The notes under the pieces: model-generated
Databases searched by the model: none
Told to the model about the DNA's origin: nothing
What the model saw: only the letters and a program-made list of their open reading frames with translations
Shown: piece by piece, positions 21,084 through 30,100 of the stretch
How positions within the stretch are numbered: position 1 is the stretch's first letter
Layout of the letters: each line of letters begins with the position of its first letter
Position numbers and translations under genes: made by a program
NCBI GenBank assembly: GCA_007128005.1
Contig: SKYF01000104.1
Location: forward strand, 1,232-65,231
Reading direction: 5' to 3'
Origin: Bdellovibrionales bacterium
Lineage (GTDB): Bacteria; Bdellovibrionota; Bdellovibrionia; Bdellovibrionales; UBA1609
Length of the DNA: 64,000 nt

Positions 21084-21899
21084 TTAAAAACTCCAGATCA
21101 CAACAACGATTCCTAGCAACCAGAGATATCCCGTAAACAGCTCTAGCCGTCCTTTGCGAACCACATGCAAAATCACTTTTAGGCCGACCAGGGCTGAGAC
21201 ATAGGAGACAATAAAGCCTACAAAAAGAGCTGAAGCTGAAACCTGCGTCCAGTCCACATCCTTGAGCTCTAGAAAACTGGCCCCCAAAATTGCTGGGATC
21301 GCCATCATAAAACTAAACATCGCCGCAGTGTTTTTGGGCAAACCGGCCAAAAGGGCTGTGGCAATGGTAGCTCCTGATCGACTGATTCCTGGGGCAATCG
21401 ACACTCCTTGAGCCACACCAATCAGCAGAGCCTTTTTCCACGTGATCAGGGAAAGGCCTTGCAGATTGTCCAGTTCCAAGCGGGAGTCATCGCCCCCTTT
21501 GCCACGAGTCAAAAGCAACAGCCCCCCCGTGAGAATAAATAAAAACCCAACGGCTCTGAGACTTGAAAAAAGCCCTGTATAAAAATCCTTGAAAAAAAAG
21601 CCCATTAAGGCTGTTGGCAGGGATGCTATAAATACCAGCCCCATAAGCTGGATCTCTGGAGTCATCTTTCGTTTCAAGGGAAAGCTTAAGGCTTCGATAG
21701 TGAGGCGACGAACCAACCGATGATACACTGTCAAAACAGAGAGCAAGGTTCCCAGATGGGCGACCAGGTCAAAGGCCAGATCATGCTCTTCAATCCCCAA
21801 CCAGCTCTGTAAGACCACCAAATGACCAGAGCTGGAAATGGGCAGAAATTCCGTTATCCCCTGAAGAATTCCCAAAATCACAGCCTGTAGCCAATCCAT
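21084..21899 (-). CDS. uppP: Undecaprenyl-diphosphate phosphatase
   Basis: QGITEFLPISSSGHL and PGISRSGATI motifs. Confidence 0.93.
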   Translation of the reverse strand: MDWLQAVILGILQGITEFLPISSSGHLVVLQSWLGIEEHDLAFDLVAHLGTLLSVLTVYHRLVRRLTIEALSFPLKRKMTPEIQLMGLVFIASLPTALMGFFFKDFYTGLFSSLRAVGFLFILTGGLLLLTRGKGGDDSRLELDNLQGLSLITWKKALLIGVAQGVSIAPGISRSGATIATALLAGLPKNTAAMFSFMMAIPAILGASFLELKDVDWTQVSASALFVGFIVSYVSALVGLKVILHVVRKGRLELFTGYLWLLGIVVVIWSF

Positions 21900-21901
21900 A
21901 C

Positions 21902-23068
21902 CTACTCCCCTGCGAAATTCGCCTCCTGTAAAACCTTATTTTCACCCGGAAGAATAGTCAAAGCCAGACTGCCCTCGCCTTGGGCGGTTCGATAGTGGAG
22001 CTGGTATCTGCCAGGGGCAACCGTCGTGGGTCCAAGGGGGCTGTAGCCCTGAAGCCTTCTCACATCTTTTTTACCCAGAGGCTCGAGGCGATACCACAGC
22101 CAGTTCAAACTGCGAATTTCAATAAAGCTGGGAATCTGAGCTTGTACATGAGCCGAAGACTGGGGCGAAGACCCCGACAGCCAAACTAGGCTTGCGAGCA
22201 CCATGCCTAGGATGGCTGACCTGCTCAATAGGGGCCGAGCTTTCTTCAACCTGAAAGCGGGAACCAATCCCGCAGAAGGACAAACCATGGTGTGTTGACC
22301 CGATTGAGCCAGATGCTTTTTGACCTTTGCCACCTTTTCAGCCAATCCTCTTTGGCTGTGTTGAGAGGGCTTTAGTTGACGCCAAGTTCTATTTTGAGGT
22401 TCTGGAGCAAGGTAACTGTGACCCCGTTGACAATAACGACCTGGATTCCACTCATGAAGCCCCTCAAGGGACCACTTTCTGAGCATTAGCCCCTCAAGAA
22501 TCCCGAGAGCAAACAAGTCTGCAGCCAAGCTCATAGTCTTTCCCTTAAGCACTTCTGGAGCCGCAAACATGGGTGTCATCTGGTTGCAGCGATCACTAAA
22601 GTTAGCCAGTCCAAAGTCAATCAACCTTACTTGACCCTGGATGTCCACGAGCACATTGTCCACACTGAGGTCTCCATGACACAGCGACACCTTTTGCAAA
22701 TCTCGCAAGCCCCTTTGGATCTGGGCCACTATTTCAGCAGCCAGCGCGCGGCTGAGATGGCAGTGCTGAATTAGCTGAGACAGGGTAACTCCATCTACAA
22801 ACTCCAGCACCAGGACAGGCCGCCCCTCTAACTGCTCAAAAGACAAAAGGCGAACGCAGTGGGGTGATTGAACACGACAGAGTGAACTGAACTCTTGTCT
22901 CAATTTTTCGACTTCATTCTTAGAATGAAGAAACTTAAGGGCCACTCGCTGCCTAAAACCACTCATGGCATCTTGCCTATAAGCCTCATAGACACGAGCA
23001 CTAGAGCCCTGGCCAATTGTCTTAACTAACTGATAGGTCAACGGGCGACCCCGCAAAAAATCATCCAT
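21902..23068 (-). CDS. Membrane-anchored Hanks-type Ser/Thr protein kinase
   Basis: IGQGSSARVY, VALK, HGDLSVDN, DFG and APE motifs, then a TM helix and a short beta-rich C-terminal domain. Confidence 0.85.
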   Translation of the reverse strand: MDDFLRGRPLTYQLVKTIGQGSSARVYEAYRQDAMSGFRQRVALKFLHSKNEVEKLRQEFSSLCRVQSPHCVRLLSFEQLEGRPVLVLEFVDGVTLSQLIQHCHLSRALAAEIVAQIQRGLRDLQKVSLCHGDLSVDNVLVDIQGQVRLIDFGLANFSDRCNQMTPMFAAPEVLKGKTMSLAADLFALGILEGLMLRKWSLEGLHEWNPGRYCQRGHSYLAPEPQNRTWRQLKPSQHSQRGLAEKVAKVKKHLAQSGQHTMVCPSAGLVPAFRLKKARPLLSRSAILGMVLASLVWLSGSSPQSSAHVQAQIPSFIEIRSLNWLWYRLEPLGKKDVRRLQGYSPLGPTTVAPGRYQLHYRTAQGEGSLALTILPGENKVLQEANFAGE

Positions 23069-23121
23069 ACAATGATCCTATTCAATAATTAAGCCAAGAT
23101 CAGGCAGAGCATGGGCCCCTA

Positions 23122-23586
23122 TCAAGACCCCTGGATCTGATATTTACGACGGTCTATTCTCTGACCAATTGCCTTATGACACTCAGCACTCAACTGTCTA
23201 TTGCGGGAGATCTCTTCCAGCACGGATAGGTCTAGAATTTCTCCGACAGCCCCCCTGCAAAGCTCATTCAGATAAGCTCGTCGCGCAGTGGACCAGGAGC
23301 CCCACAATGAGGGGGCAAAGCAGGCCTCTGGCAAATGCCCCAGCTCGATTTGCCTGGCACACAAAGCCTTCAACTTTTCATTTTGAATTTGGCCTTTTAG
23401 GATGAGATCCAGCTCCTGTTCGGAGCTTGCCCGAACGAATTCTCTCCAATTGAAAGCCTCCGCCCTCTCTGCCCTCTCCGCGTGAGCCACATTTATCCCC
23501 AAACACCAGCAAAGAAGCCCAAGCACAGCAACAACTGTCCTGGGAACATCAAGCCCACCCTTGCCCTTCCTACGATTTTCCTTCAT
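23122..23586 (-). CDS. Hypothetical exported protein, Cys-containing
   Basis: Signal-peptide-like N-terminus (VAHA) and four further Cys. Overlaps the upstream gene by 4 nt. Confidence 0.6.
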   Translation of the reverse strand: MKENRRKGKGGLDVPRTVVAVLGLLCWCLGINVAHAERAERAEAFNWREFVRASSEQELDLILKGQIQNEKLKALCARQIELGHLPEACFAPSLWGSWSTARRAYLNELCRGAVGEILDLSVLEEISRNRQLSAECHKAIGQRIDRRKYQIQGS

Positions 23587-24017
23587 TCTGCGAGCCTCCC
23601 AAGTAGATCTGTCAGTATCGGTCCAAATAACAACAGCAATAAGGCTGGTGCCTGAAAGAGCATCAGGGGAATCAAACCCAAGATGGGCAGCCTCCGGAGG
23701 TGAAGCTCCAATTGATCCCGACAGGCCTCCACCATCTCCTTCTCCAAATCATTAAGGCCACTCAATATGGGCTCGCCCCGGAGTCCCCGTTCAAAAAGGC
23801 TAAATAGAGCTCTACGGTAAGAACTCTGCTGGCGAGCAATAAAACCCTCAGTGGATACTCCTTGTTCATAGAGAATTCGCCACTGTCTTAATTCATCTGC
23901 AAAATCTCCTTGGGCTTCCCCCAGGTAATCAACCAGAGCTCGGTTCACCGATGCTCCATTCTCAAGTCCCAATCGCACTTCTAAAAGACAGGCCAACGGG
24001 GGAGCTAAACCTTCCAT
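23583..24017 (-). CDS. TadC/T2SSF-like membrane protein (short)
   Basis: Helical region followed by a C-terminal TM segment LIPLMLFQAPALLLLLFGP resembling TadC ends; follows a TadB-like gene. Confidence 0.5.
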   Translation of the reverse strand: MEGLAPPLACLLEVRLGLENGASVNRALVDYLGEAQGDFADELRQWRILYEQGVSTEGFIARQQSSYRRALFSLFERGLRGEPILSGLNDLEKEMVEACRDQLELHLRRLPILGLIPLMLFQAPALLLLLFGPILTDLLGRLAE

Positions 24018-24760
24018 TTTATCTTCCCTCCCAAGAGGTAACTTAAGACAAGACCTATAAGGAACAATGTGAAGGACAGGAGAATCAGCTTCCAGTTGCT
24101 GAGAAAACCAAATTGAGCCATCACAAACACCATGAGAAATAGGTAAAGCAGCGCCAGCAAACCGGACTGCAAGTGGAGTTGGGCCAGCAGTTGGCCGGAC
24201 CTTCGTCGAAAGTCATTCTCGATCTGCAGCTTCCGTCGCAGATTCTCCAAGCGCTCCACAGCTCGATGCCCCTGCTGATCGATTTTTCTAAACTCTCGAC
24301 ACCATTCTCCCAATGACCCTCTTGGAAAAACGCTCTGGCCCTCTGTCACCTGTTGTGAAAAAACCACAGACTGCATCAAATCACCTAGCTTTTTCCTAAA
24401 GTAAATGTCTTCACTTCTTTCAATTGCCTTTTGAAAAGCGGAGCGAAAACCACTGCCCATTTTCATAGATAAAATCGTCTCCTGAACCAGCGGAAAAAGG
24501 CCATGGGAGAGCTTTCTACGACATCGCAGGTGAATAAAAAACTCCGCCTGGTAAAAGACAAAGACCGGAGTAAAGGCATTCAGAGTGATCCAAAAAATAG
24601 AATCTGAAAGCCCATGGGACAGGATCAAAATCAGATAATAGGTGGTGCCAAATTTTGTCAGCACTTCCTTCGAAAGCAATGCTTGAGATTGCCACTGACG
24701 AAGTGTCCGAACCACGAACACAAATCCGAAAACCGAACTCAATAAACCAATTAAAACCAT
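24005..24760 (-). CDS. TadB/T2SSF-like membrane protein
   Basis: N-terminal TMs, ILSMKMGSGFRSAF (T2SSF-like), ...ENDFRRR... and two C-terminal TMs ending KIKWKV, like the tad-operon TadB end KIVTIKV. Start approximate. Confidence 0.5.
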   Translation of the reverse strand: MVLIGLLSSVFGFVFVVRTLRQWQSQALLSKEVLTKFGTTYYLILILSHGLSDSIFWITLNAFTPVFVFYQAEFFIHLRCRRKLSHGLFPLVQETILSMKMGSGFRSAFQKAIERSEDIYFRKKLGDLMQSVVFSQQVTEGQSVFPRGSLGEWCREFRKIDQQGHRAVERLENLRRKLQIENDFRRRSGQLLAQLHLQSGLLALLYLFLMVFVMAQFGFLSNWKLILLSFTLFLIGLVLSYLLGGKIKWKV

Positions 24761-24798
24761 CACGACTCCCTCGTCGCGAAAATTTGCAAAAAAAGTGC

Positions 24799-24844
24799 TC
24801 AAGTTATTTTTTTCTATTGACGATAGGAGTCACGCAGGTACACT
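24799..24844 (+). promoter_or_regulatory. Overlapping sigma28-like and sigma70-like promoters of the H1-like gene
   Basis: TCAAG-N15-GACGATAG (24799-24826) and TTGACG-N16-TACACT (24817-24844). Confidence 0.5.
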
Positions 24845-24902
24845 TGTAAGTGCAAGCAACAATGTTCAACAACATTGATAACTCATCCGAGGAGGAGACA
24901 AA

Positions 24903-25109
24903 ATGGCAAAAAAGAAAAAAGCAGTAAAGAAGACTGCTAAGAAGGCTACAAAAAAGGCCACTAAGAAGGCTACAAAAAAGGCCACTACTGCTAAAAAAGC
25001 TGCTAAAAAAGTAGTAAAAAAGGCTAAAAAGGCTGTAAAGAAGGCCACCAAGAAAGCCGGCTCTACTGTGAAGAAGGCTGCTAAGAAAGTATCTCGCAAG
25101 AAGAAGTAA
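24903..25109 (+). CDS. Histone H1-like Lys/Ala-rich DNA-binding protein
   Basis: 68 aa dominated by KKAx repeats; strong RBS GAGGAG; own promoter and terminator. Confidence 0.8.
   Translation: MAKKKKAVKKTAKKATKKATKKATKKATTAKKAAKKVVKKAKKAVKKATKKAGSTVKKAAKKVSRKKK
24937..24984 (+). repeat. Perfect 24-bp tandem duplication within the H1-like gene
   Basis: CTAAGAAGGCTACAAAAAAGGCCA occurs twice in tandem. Confidence 0.9.
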
Positions 25110-25139
25110 GTTTCACTCATAGATTGAGAGAAACCGATG

Positions 25140-25167
25140 AACCCCTGGCCCTGGCCGGGGGTTTTTT
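25140..25167 (+). terminator. Rho-independent terminator
   Basis: AACCCCTGGCC-CT-GGCCGGGGGTT hairpin running into T6, after the H1-like gene. Confidence 0.8.
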
Positions 25168-25168
25168 A

Positions 25169-25945
25169 TTAGAAGAGCCGAGCTCGTATCCCCTCTTGTT
25201 GGAAGAACTTCTTGATAGCTTCTTGGTCCAAAGGCTTCAGACGCCAGAGCAACTCATGGAGAAGCTGGACTGTATCCTCCCCTTTTTTGGAGCGTAGAGC
25301 CTGGGTGAAATAGGCCATATCTTGGGTGATGGTGTTGATGTTTTTGATCATATCCATAATTTCTCTATTGTCCGTGGTCTTTTCAATTTGCTTGAGGACC
25401 TGATTTAAATTCACCACAAGCTTGTTGATGGTCTCGATGGTGTCCACAATGGATCCCTCATTCTGCTCAACGAACTCTATGATCTTGCCAGCTAGGCCAT
25501 AGCTCTGGGAAATTAACTGATCAATTCTGGGCGGATCCTCACCTCTCACCAAAGACCCCGGGGTAAATGTTGGAGCTCCAGCTGGACCCGGCGTGATTTC
25601 AATAAACTTCTCTCCAATGACTCCAGCCAAATTGATAAAAAAGCGGCTTCCCTCAGTCACTGTCGGCCAAGCCTGGCGATCTATGGAAACTTTGATCCTC
25701 AGTTTGACCTCTTCTCCCGTGGGCATTGTCTGTTCGGGTTCAAAAACGATCTCCTTAACTCGACCAACTCGAATTCCCATGACTCTTACGGGTGAGCCCA
25801 CCTCAATGCCTCCAGCAAAATTATAGGCCAAATTGAGATCATAGGTCCGAGCAAAGGGATTGATCGCCCCTAAACTATAGGCAAAGCCCACCACCAAGAT
25901 AACGGCAACAATAAACATGATACCGACTTTAAATTCCGCCTTCAT
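25169..25945 (-). CDS. mlaD: MlaD/MCE-domain protein
   Basis: EFKVG TM segment, AGGIEVGSPVRVMGIRVGRV, GVIGEKFIEITPG, then a helical extension. Confidence 0.88.
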   Translation of the reverse strand: MKAEFKVGIMFIVAVILVVGFAYSLGAINPFARTYDLNLAYNFAGGIEVGSPVRVMGIRVGRVKEIVFEPEQTMPTGEEVKLRIKVSIDRQAWPTVTEGSRFFINLAGVIGEKFIEITPGPAGAPTFTPGSLVRGEDPPRIDQLISQSYGLAGKIIEFVEQNEGSIVDTIETINKLVVNLNQVLKQIEKTTDNREIMDMIKNINTITQDMAYFTQALRSKKGEDTVQLLHELLWRLKPLDQEAIKKFFQQEGIRARLF

Positions 25946-25964
25946 ATTTTGCCCTCACTTTAAA

Positions 25965-26738
25965 TCAGTAAAAGTATGAAAAAATATAAGATAAAACAAA
26001 ATCCATCATAATTATCGTCACTGAAGTTGCTACCACACTATTTGTGGTAGCAACTCCTACTCCCTCCGCTCCGGCCTGGCAGCGCAGCCCAAAATACAGG
26101 CTAAATAAGGGAATCACAGCCCCAAAAAAGCCCGCTTTAATAACGGAAAACACCAAATCCTGAAATGTTACAAACGCCCTCATTGCCATTAGGAAGCTGC
26201 CACTAGAGTAACCCAAACTCCACTGACTCACCAGCATTGCAACATAGATACAGACCATATTGGCAAGGACAGTTAAGACCATCACTCCAAGAATACTGGC
26301 ATAAAGTCTTGGGACCAAAAGGTAGCGAACTGGGTGAATCCCTAACATTTTAAGTGCATCTATTTGCTCAGTCACCTGCATAGAGGCCACTTCTGCCGCA
26401 TAGCCCGCTCCCACTCTTGAGGTGACGAGTAAGGCTGTCACTACGACTCCTAACTCTCTCAATATCAAAAGAGCTGCAAAGCCCGGCACTAGAGAGTCGT
26501 TTTGCACTACAATCTTCATATGGAAAGAGGCCTCCATAATGGTCACCGCGGCTGCAAAACTAACGGATAGAAGCACTACGGGTGCACTTCCCCAAATCAC
26601 AAAACTGAGCTGTTGAACAGTTTCCCGCACCCTTATGGGAGGAGTCACCGCAGCCCAAAGGGCAAAGGCCAGGAGGCTCAACACTCCCCAAACATGAGAA
26701 AAACTAAAGATAATTCTCTGACCTAAAGCCGTAACCAA
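25965..26738 (-). CDS. mlaE: MlaE-family permease (copy 2)
   Basis: LRELG, RVGAGYAAEVASMQVTEQIDAL, GAEGVGVATT. Confidence 0.9.
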   Translation of the reverse strand: MVTALGQRIIFSFSHVWGVLSLLAFALWAAVTPPIRVRETVQQLSFVIWGSAPVVLLSVSFAAAVTIMEASFHMKIVVQNDSLVPGFAALLILRELGVVVTALLVTSRVGAGYAAEVASMQVTEQIDALKMLGIHPVRYLLVPRLYASILGVMVLTVLANMVCIYVAMLVSQWSLGYSSGSFLMAMRAFVTFQDLVFSVIKAGFFGAVIPLFSLYFGLRCQAGAEGVGVATTNSVVATSVTIIMMDFVLSYIFSYFY

Positions 26739-26739
26739 A

Positions 26740-27516
26740 CTACTCTCCCATATAGATTCTAAGAGCTACTTCACTGAAGACACTTGTCACCCAGTCTGCA
26801 ATCACAATGGCCACCATCGTAGCCACAGCTGTGTTCACCACAGCCTTACCCACCCCCCTGGCTCCACCGCTTGCCGTGTAACCCTTGTAAGTGCAAATGC
26901 TCGCCAGCACCATGGCAAAGACTAGACATTTGAATAGTCCGCTGAATATGGAAAAAGAGGTCACTATTGTTGGAATGTGACGAAGATACTCTTGTGCCGA
27001 AATCCCTGAAAAATACAGCCCCATCAACAGTCCACCACCAATGGACATCAAGAGCCCCACGGCCAGTAAAAAAAAACTCGAACAAACTATACCCACCCAA
27101 CGCGGCAAAATGATTTCTTGAATGGGATTTGCCCCAAGGCAGCGAACAGCATCTATTTGTTCTGTGACCCGCATGGTTCCAAGCTCCGCTGAGGTAAAAG
27201 CTCCAACTTTTCCACTGAGCATAAAGGCAATCAATAAGGGCCCCACCTCTCGGATCGTTCCACTTGTTGCCAAGCCCCCAAGATACCCAAGAGCACCGAA
27301 TTGCTGGACCTGCATAGTGAACTGGACAGTCATAATAGCACCTACAAAAAAACCCGCCACGGCAGTGGTGAACCAACTCTGCTCAGTGACCTTGACAATC
27401 TGCTCACTAATGGATCGGAAACTGCAAGGATAGAATAGGGCTACGGCGAGAACTTCACGCATAAATAGCACTCCCCCGCCAATATCTTCGACAATATCCT
27501 TAAGCACCTTCAGCAC
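26740..27516 (-). CDS. mlaE: MlaE-family permease (copy 1)
   Basis: REVGPLL, AELGTMRVTEQIDA, GGARGVGKA. Confidence 0.9.
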   Translation of the reverse strand: MLKVLKDIVEDIGGGVLFMREVLAVALFYPCSFRSISEQIVKVTEQSWFTTAVAGFFVGAIMTVQFTMQVQQFGALGYLGGLATSGTIREVGPLLIAFMLSGKVGAFTSAELGTMRVTEQIDAVRCLGANPIQEIILPRWVGIVCSSFFLLAVGLLMSIGGGLLMGLYFSGISAQEYLRHIPTIVTSFSIFSGLFKCLVFAMVLASICTYKGYTASGGARGVGKAVVNTAVATMVAIVIADWVTSVFSEVALRIYMGE

Positions 27517-28243
27517 TTAAGGCCTCCTCAAGAAAGTCTCTGACCAGTGGATGAGGGCTCTTTTTAAGATGTTCCACATTACCTTGTTCCACAATATGAC
27601 CTTGATCGAGAACAATAATTCGATCAGCAATATCTAGAGCACAATGCATATCATGGGAAACTACAATAGAAGTAGTCTGCAGCCTTCTGGATAACTCGAG
27701 AATCAGCTGGTTGACGGCGTTTGTGGTGATCGGATCCAATCCCGTGGTGGGTTCATCAAATAGAAGGATCTCTGGACCAACGGCGAGTGTTCTTGCTAGA
27801 CTCACTCTTTTTTGCATTCCGTAAGAGATCTCCTGAGGGAGCTTGGTCTCAATTCCATTTAAATGAACTAAGTTCAGACATTCTTTGACCCGACTCTCGA
27901 CCTCAGACTCTGAGAGATTGGGCCAGTGGCGCCGCAAGCCAAAGGCTACATTTTCAAAAATAGACAAAGAATCAAACAAAGCCGGATGTTGAAATACCAT
28001 GCCACACTTTTTGCGCACAGCCAGATACTCCTGCTCGGTCAGGGAGGAAACTTCCTGGTCGTTGATCCATATTTTGCCGCTCGTGGGTCGCATCAAGCCC
28101 ACAAGATTCTTTAAAAGAACCGACTTTCCCGTACCCGAGGTCCCTAAGATAAACAGGATCTCTCCCTTGGCGATGGAAAAAGTAATCCCTTTTAATACCT
28201 CTTTAGTTCCAAAGCTCTTTTTTACGCCCTCAAACCGAATCAT
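27500..28243 (-). CDS. mlaF: MlaF-like ABC ATPase (copy 2)
   Basis: GTSGTGKS, FQHPALFDSL, ISYGMQKR, DEPTTGLDP, SHD. Confidence 0.88.
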   Translation of the reverse strand: MIRFEGVKKSFGTKEVLKGITFSIAKGEILFILGTSGTGKSVLLKNLVGLMRPTSGKIWINDQEVSSLTEQEYLAVRKKCGMVFQHPALFDSLSIFENVAFGLRRHWPNLSESEVESRVKECLNLVHLNGIETKLPQEISYGMQKRVSLARTLAVGPEILLFDEPTTGLDPITTNAVNQLILELSRRLQTTSIVVSHDMHCALDIADRIIVLDQGHIVEQGNVEHLKKSPHPLVRDFLEEALSAEGA

Positions 28244-29022
28244 TCTTCGGCTCCTTCAGTCAGAGGGCCCTGGAGCTGTCCTCGAATAAACTGCTGAACT
28301 CTGGGGTCGGGGTGTCTTTTTGTTTCCTCCACAGTGCCGGAAAGACTCACCCCTCCTCCTTCAACAAGGGCAATCTGATCTGCCAGTTGGTAGGCTCTCG
28401 CCATGTCGTTTGTGACCGCAATAAGAGTTGAGGATTTCTCCCTCTGCAAGTCACAGATAAGATCAATGATCTTACGACTGGTAATGGGATCTAGGCCTGC
28501 AGTGGGGTCATCATAGAGAATAATTTCTGGGTCGAGGGCCAGGGCGCGGGCGATTCCCAAGCGCTTTTGCATTCCTCCGCTTATTTCACTTGGATAGAGG
28601 TTGACCGATGCCTCAAGACCAACGGCCTGGAGGAAGTACTCCACCTTTTGCCGGATCTCGGCTTCAGAGAGCCCTTTGACTTCACGAAGGGGAAAGGCCA
28701 CATTTTCCCCCACCGTCAAGGAGTCAAAAAGAGCATTGCGCTGAAACAGCATCCCCATGCGCAAACTCAAAGACTCCCTCTCCTGGGGAGTGCATTGATG
28801 GATGTTGACTCCACTGACCCAAACCTCCCCCTCAGATGGCTCTATCAGTCCAGCAATCAGCTTTAGAAGAACCGATTTTCCCGATCCACTGGGCCCAATA
28901 AGGACTAGCTTTAGACCCTTCTCCAGCTGCAGAGAAATTTGCCGCAAAACGGGGACTGCCCCCACCTGAAAACCAACTTCTTTGAGTCTAATTGCTGTAG
29001 ATGCCACGGCGCAAAACCCCAC
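28240..29022 (-). CDS. mlaF: MlaF-like ABC ATPase (copy 1)
   Basis: GPSGSGKS, FQRNALFDSL, ISGGMQKR; YDDPTAG and VTND replace DE and H. Confidence 0.85.
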   Translation of the reverse strand: MGFCAVASTAIRLKEVGFQVGAVPVLRQISLQLEKGLKLVLIGPSGSGKSVLLKLIAGLIEPSEGEVWVSGVNIHQCTPQERESLSLRMGMLFQRNALFDSLTVGENVAFPLREVKGLSEAEIRQKVEYFLQAVGLEASVNLYPSEISGGMQKRLGIARALALDPEIILYDDPTAGLDPITSRKIIDLICDLQREKSSTLIAVTNDMARAYQLADQIALVEGGGVSLSGTVEETKRHPDPRVQQFIRGQLQGPLTEGAEE

Positions 29023-29154
29023 TCGATTTTATTCTACCGGAGTGACGAACCCAGGCAACACATATATATAGATAGGAAAAGGTGAAGCATTACGTCAGGA
29101 TGTCAGTAGAATCAGGGCCACAGGCTCTCTCAACAAGGAAAGGCAAAGGAGTTT

Positions 29155-30099
29155 ATGGAGCACAAGAGAAAGAAGTTGTCCGTTATCGGGGCTGGTTTTG
29201 TCGGTTCCACATGCGCTCACTGGGCTGCAGCCAAGGAGCTTGGCGATGTGGTCTTGGTGGATATCAACGAAGGCGCTGCCCAGGGAAAGGCCCTTGACCT
29301 CTTTCAGGCATCTCCCGTGGAGCACTTCGATGCCCGGGTGCAGGGAACGGCCGACTACAAAGACACTGCCAATTCAGATGTGGTTATCATTACCGCTGGA
29401 CTCCCACGTAAACCCGGCATGAGCCGAGACGATCTTCTCAGCACCAATGCTAAAATCATGAAGGACGTTTGCCTGGGAATTAAAGAGTACTCTCCCAACG
29501 CTATTGTTATTGTTGTCAGCAACCCTCTGGATGCCATGGCCTTCGTCGCTAAAGAAACCTTGGGCTTTCCAAGCCATCGAGTGATTGGAATGGCCGGCGT
29601 CCTTGACAGTGCCCGATTTAAGGCTTTCGTCGCCGAGGAGTGCAAAGTTAGCGTTAAAGACGTTCACGCTTTTGTCTTAGGGGGTCACGGAGACACCATG
29701 GTTCCCATGCCCAGACACTGCTCAGTCGGCGGAGTTCCTCTCACCGAGATGCTCTCCGAAGAGCGTATTGAGGCCTTGGTGGATCGCACCAGAAAGGGAG
29801 GGGCTGAGATTGTTGGCCTTTTAAAAACTGGCTCGGCCTATTACGCCCCTGCCGCCTCCTCAGTGCAAATGGCCGAAGCTATTTTAAGGGATCAAAACCG
29901 CATCCTCCCCTGCGCTGCTTTTTTGCAAGGAGAGTATGGTGTTAAGGATTTGTTTATTGGCGTTCTCTGTAAATTGGGTGGAAGAGGCCTTGAGCAGGTC
30001 ATTGAACTTCAACTCAATGAAAAGGAGAGGGCTGGATTGGACCACTCCATCTCAGCGGTCAAAGAACTTGTTGAAGCTTTAAGAAAATTAGAGGTTTAA
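29155..30099 (+). CDS. mdh: Malate dehydrogenase (LDH-like)
   Basis: [28 protein letters not shown]. Confidence 0.95.
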   Translation: MEHKRKKLSVIGAGFVGSTCAHWAAAKELGDVVLVDINEGAAQGKALDLFQASPVEHFDARVQGTADYKDTANSDVVIITAGLPRKPGMSRDDLLSTNAKIMKDVCLGIKEYSPNAIVIVVSNPLDAMAFVAKETLGFPSHRVIGMAGVLDSARFKAFVAEECKVSVKDVHAFVLGGHGDTMVPMPRHCSVGGVPLTEMLSEERIEALVDRTRKGGAEIVGLLKTGSAYYAPAASSVQMAEAILRDQNRILPCAAFLQGEYGVKDLFIGVLCKLGGRGLEQVIELQLNEKERAGLDHSISAVKELVEALRKLEV

Positions 30100-30100
30100 A

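Noticed and set aside
24866..25120. Hydrophobic F/L/A-rich minus-strand ORF
   Set aside because: It is the antisense mirror of the Lys/Ala-rich gene, which has the RBS, promoter and terminator.
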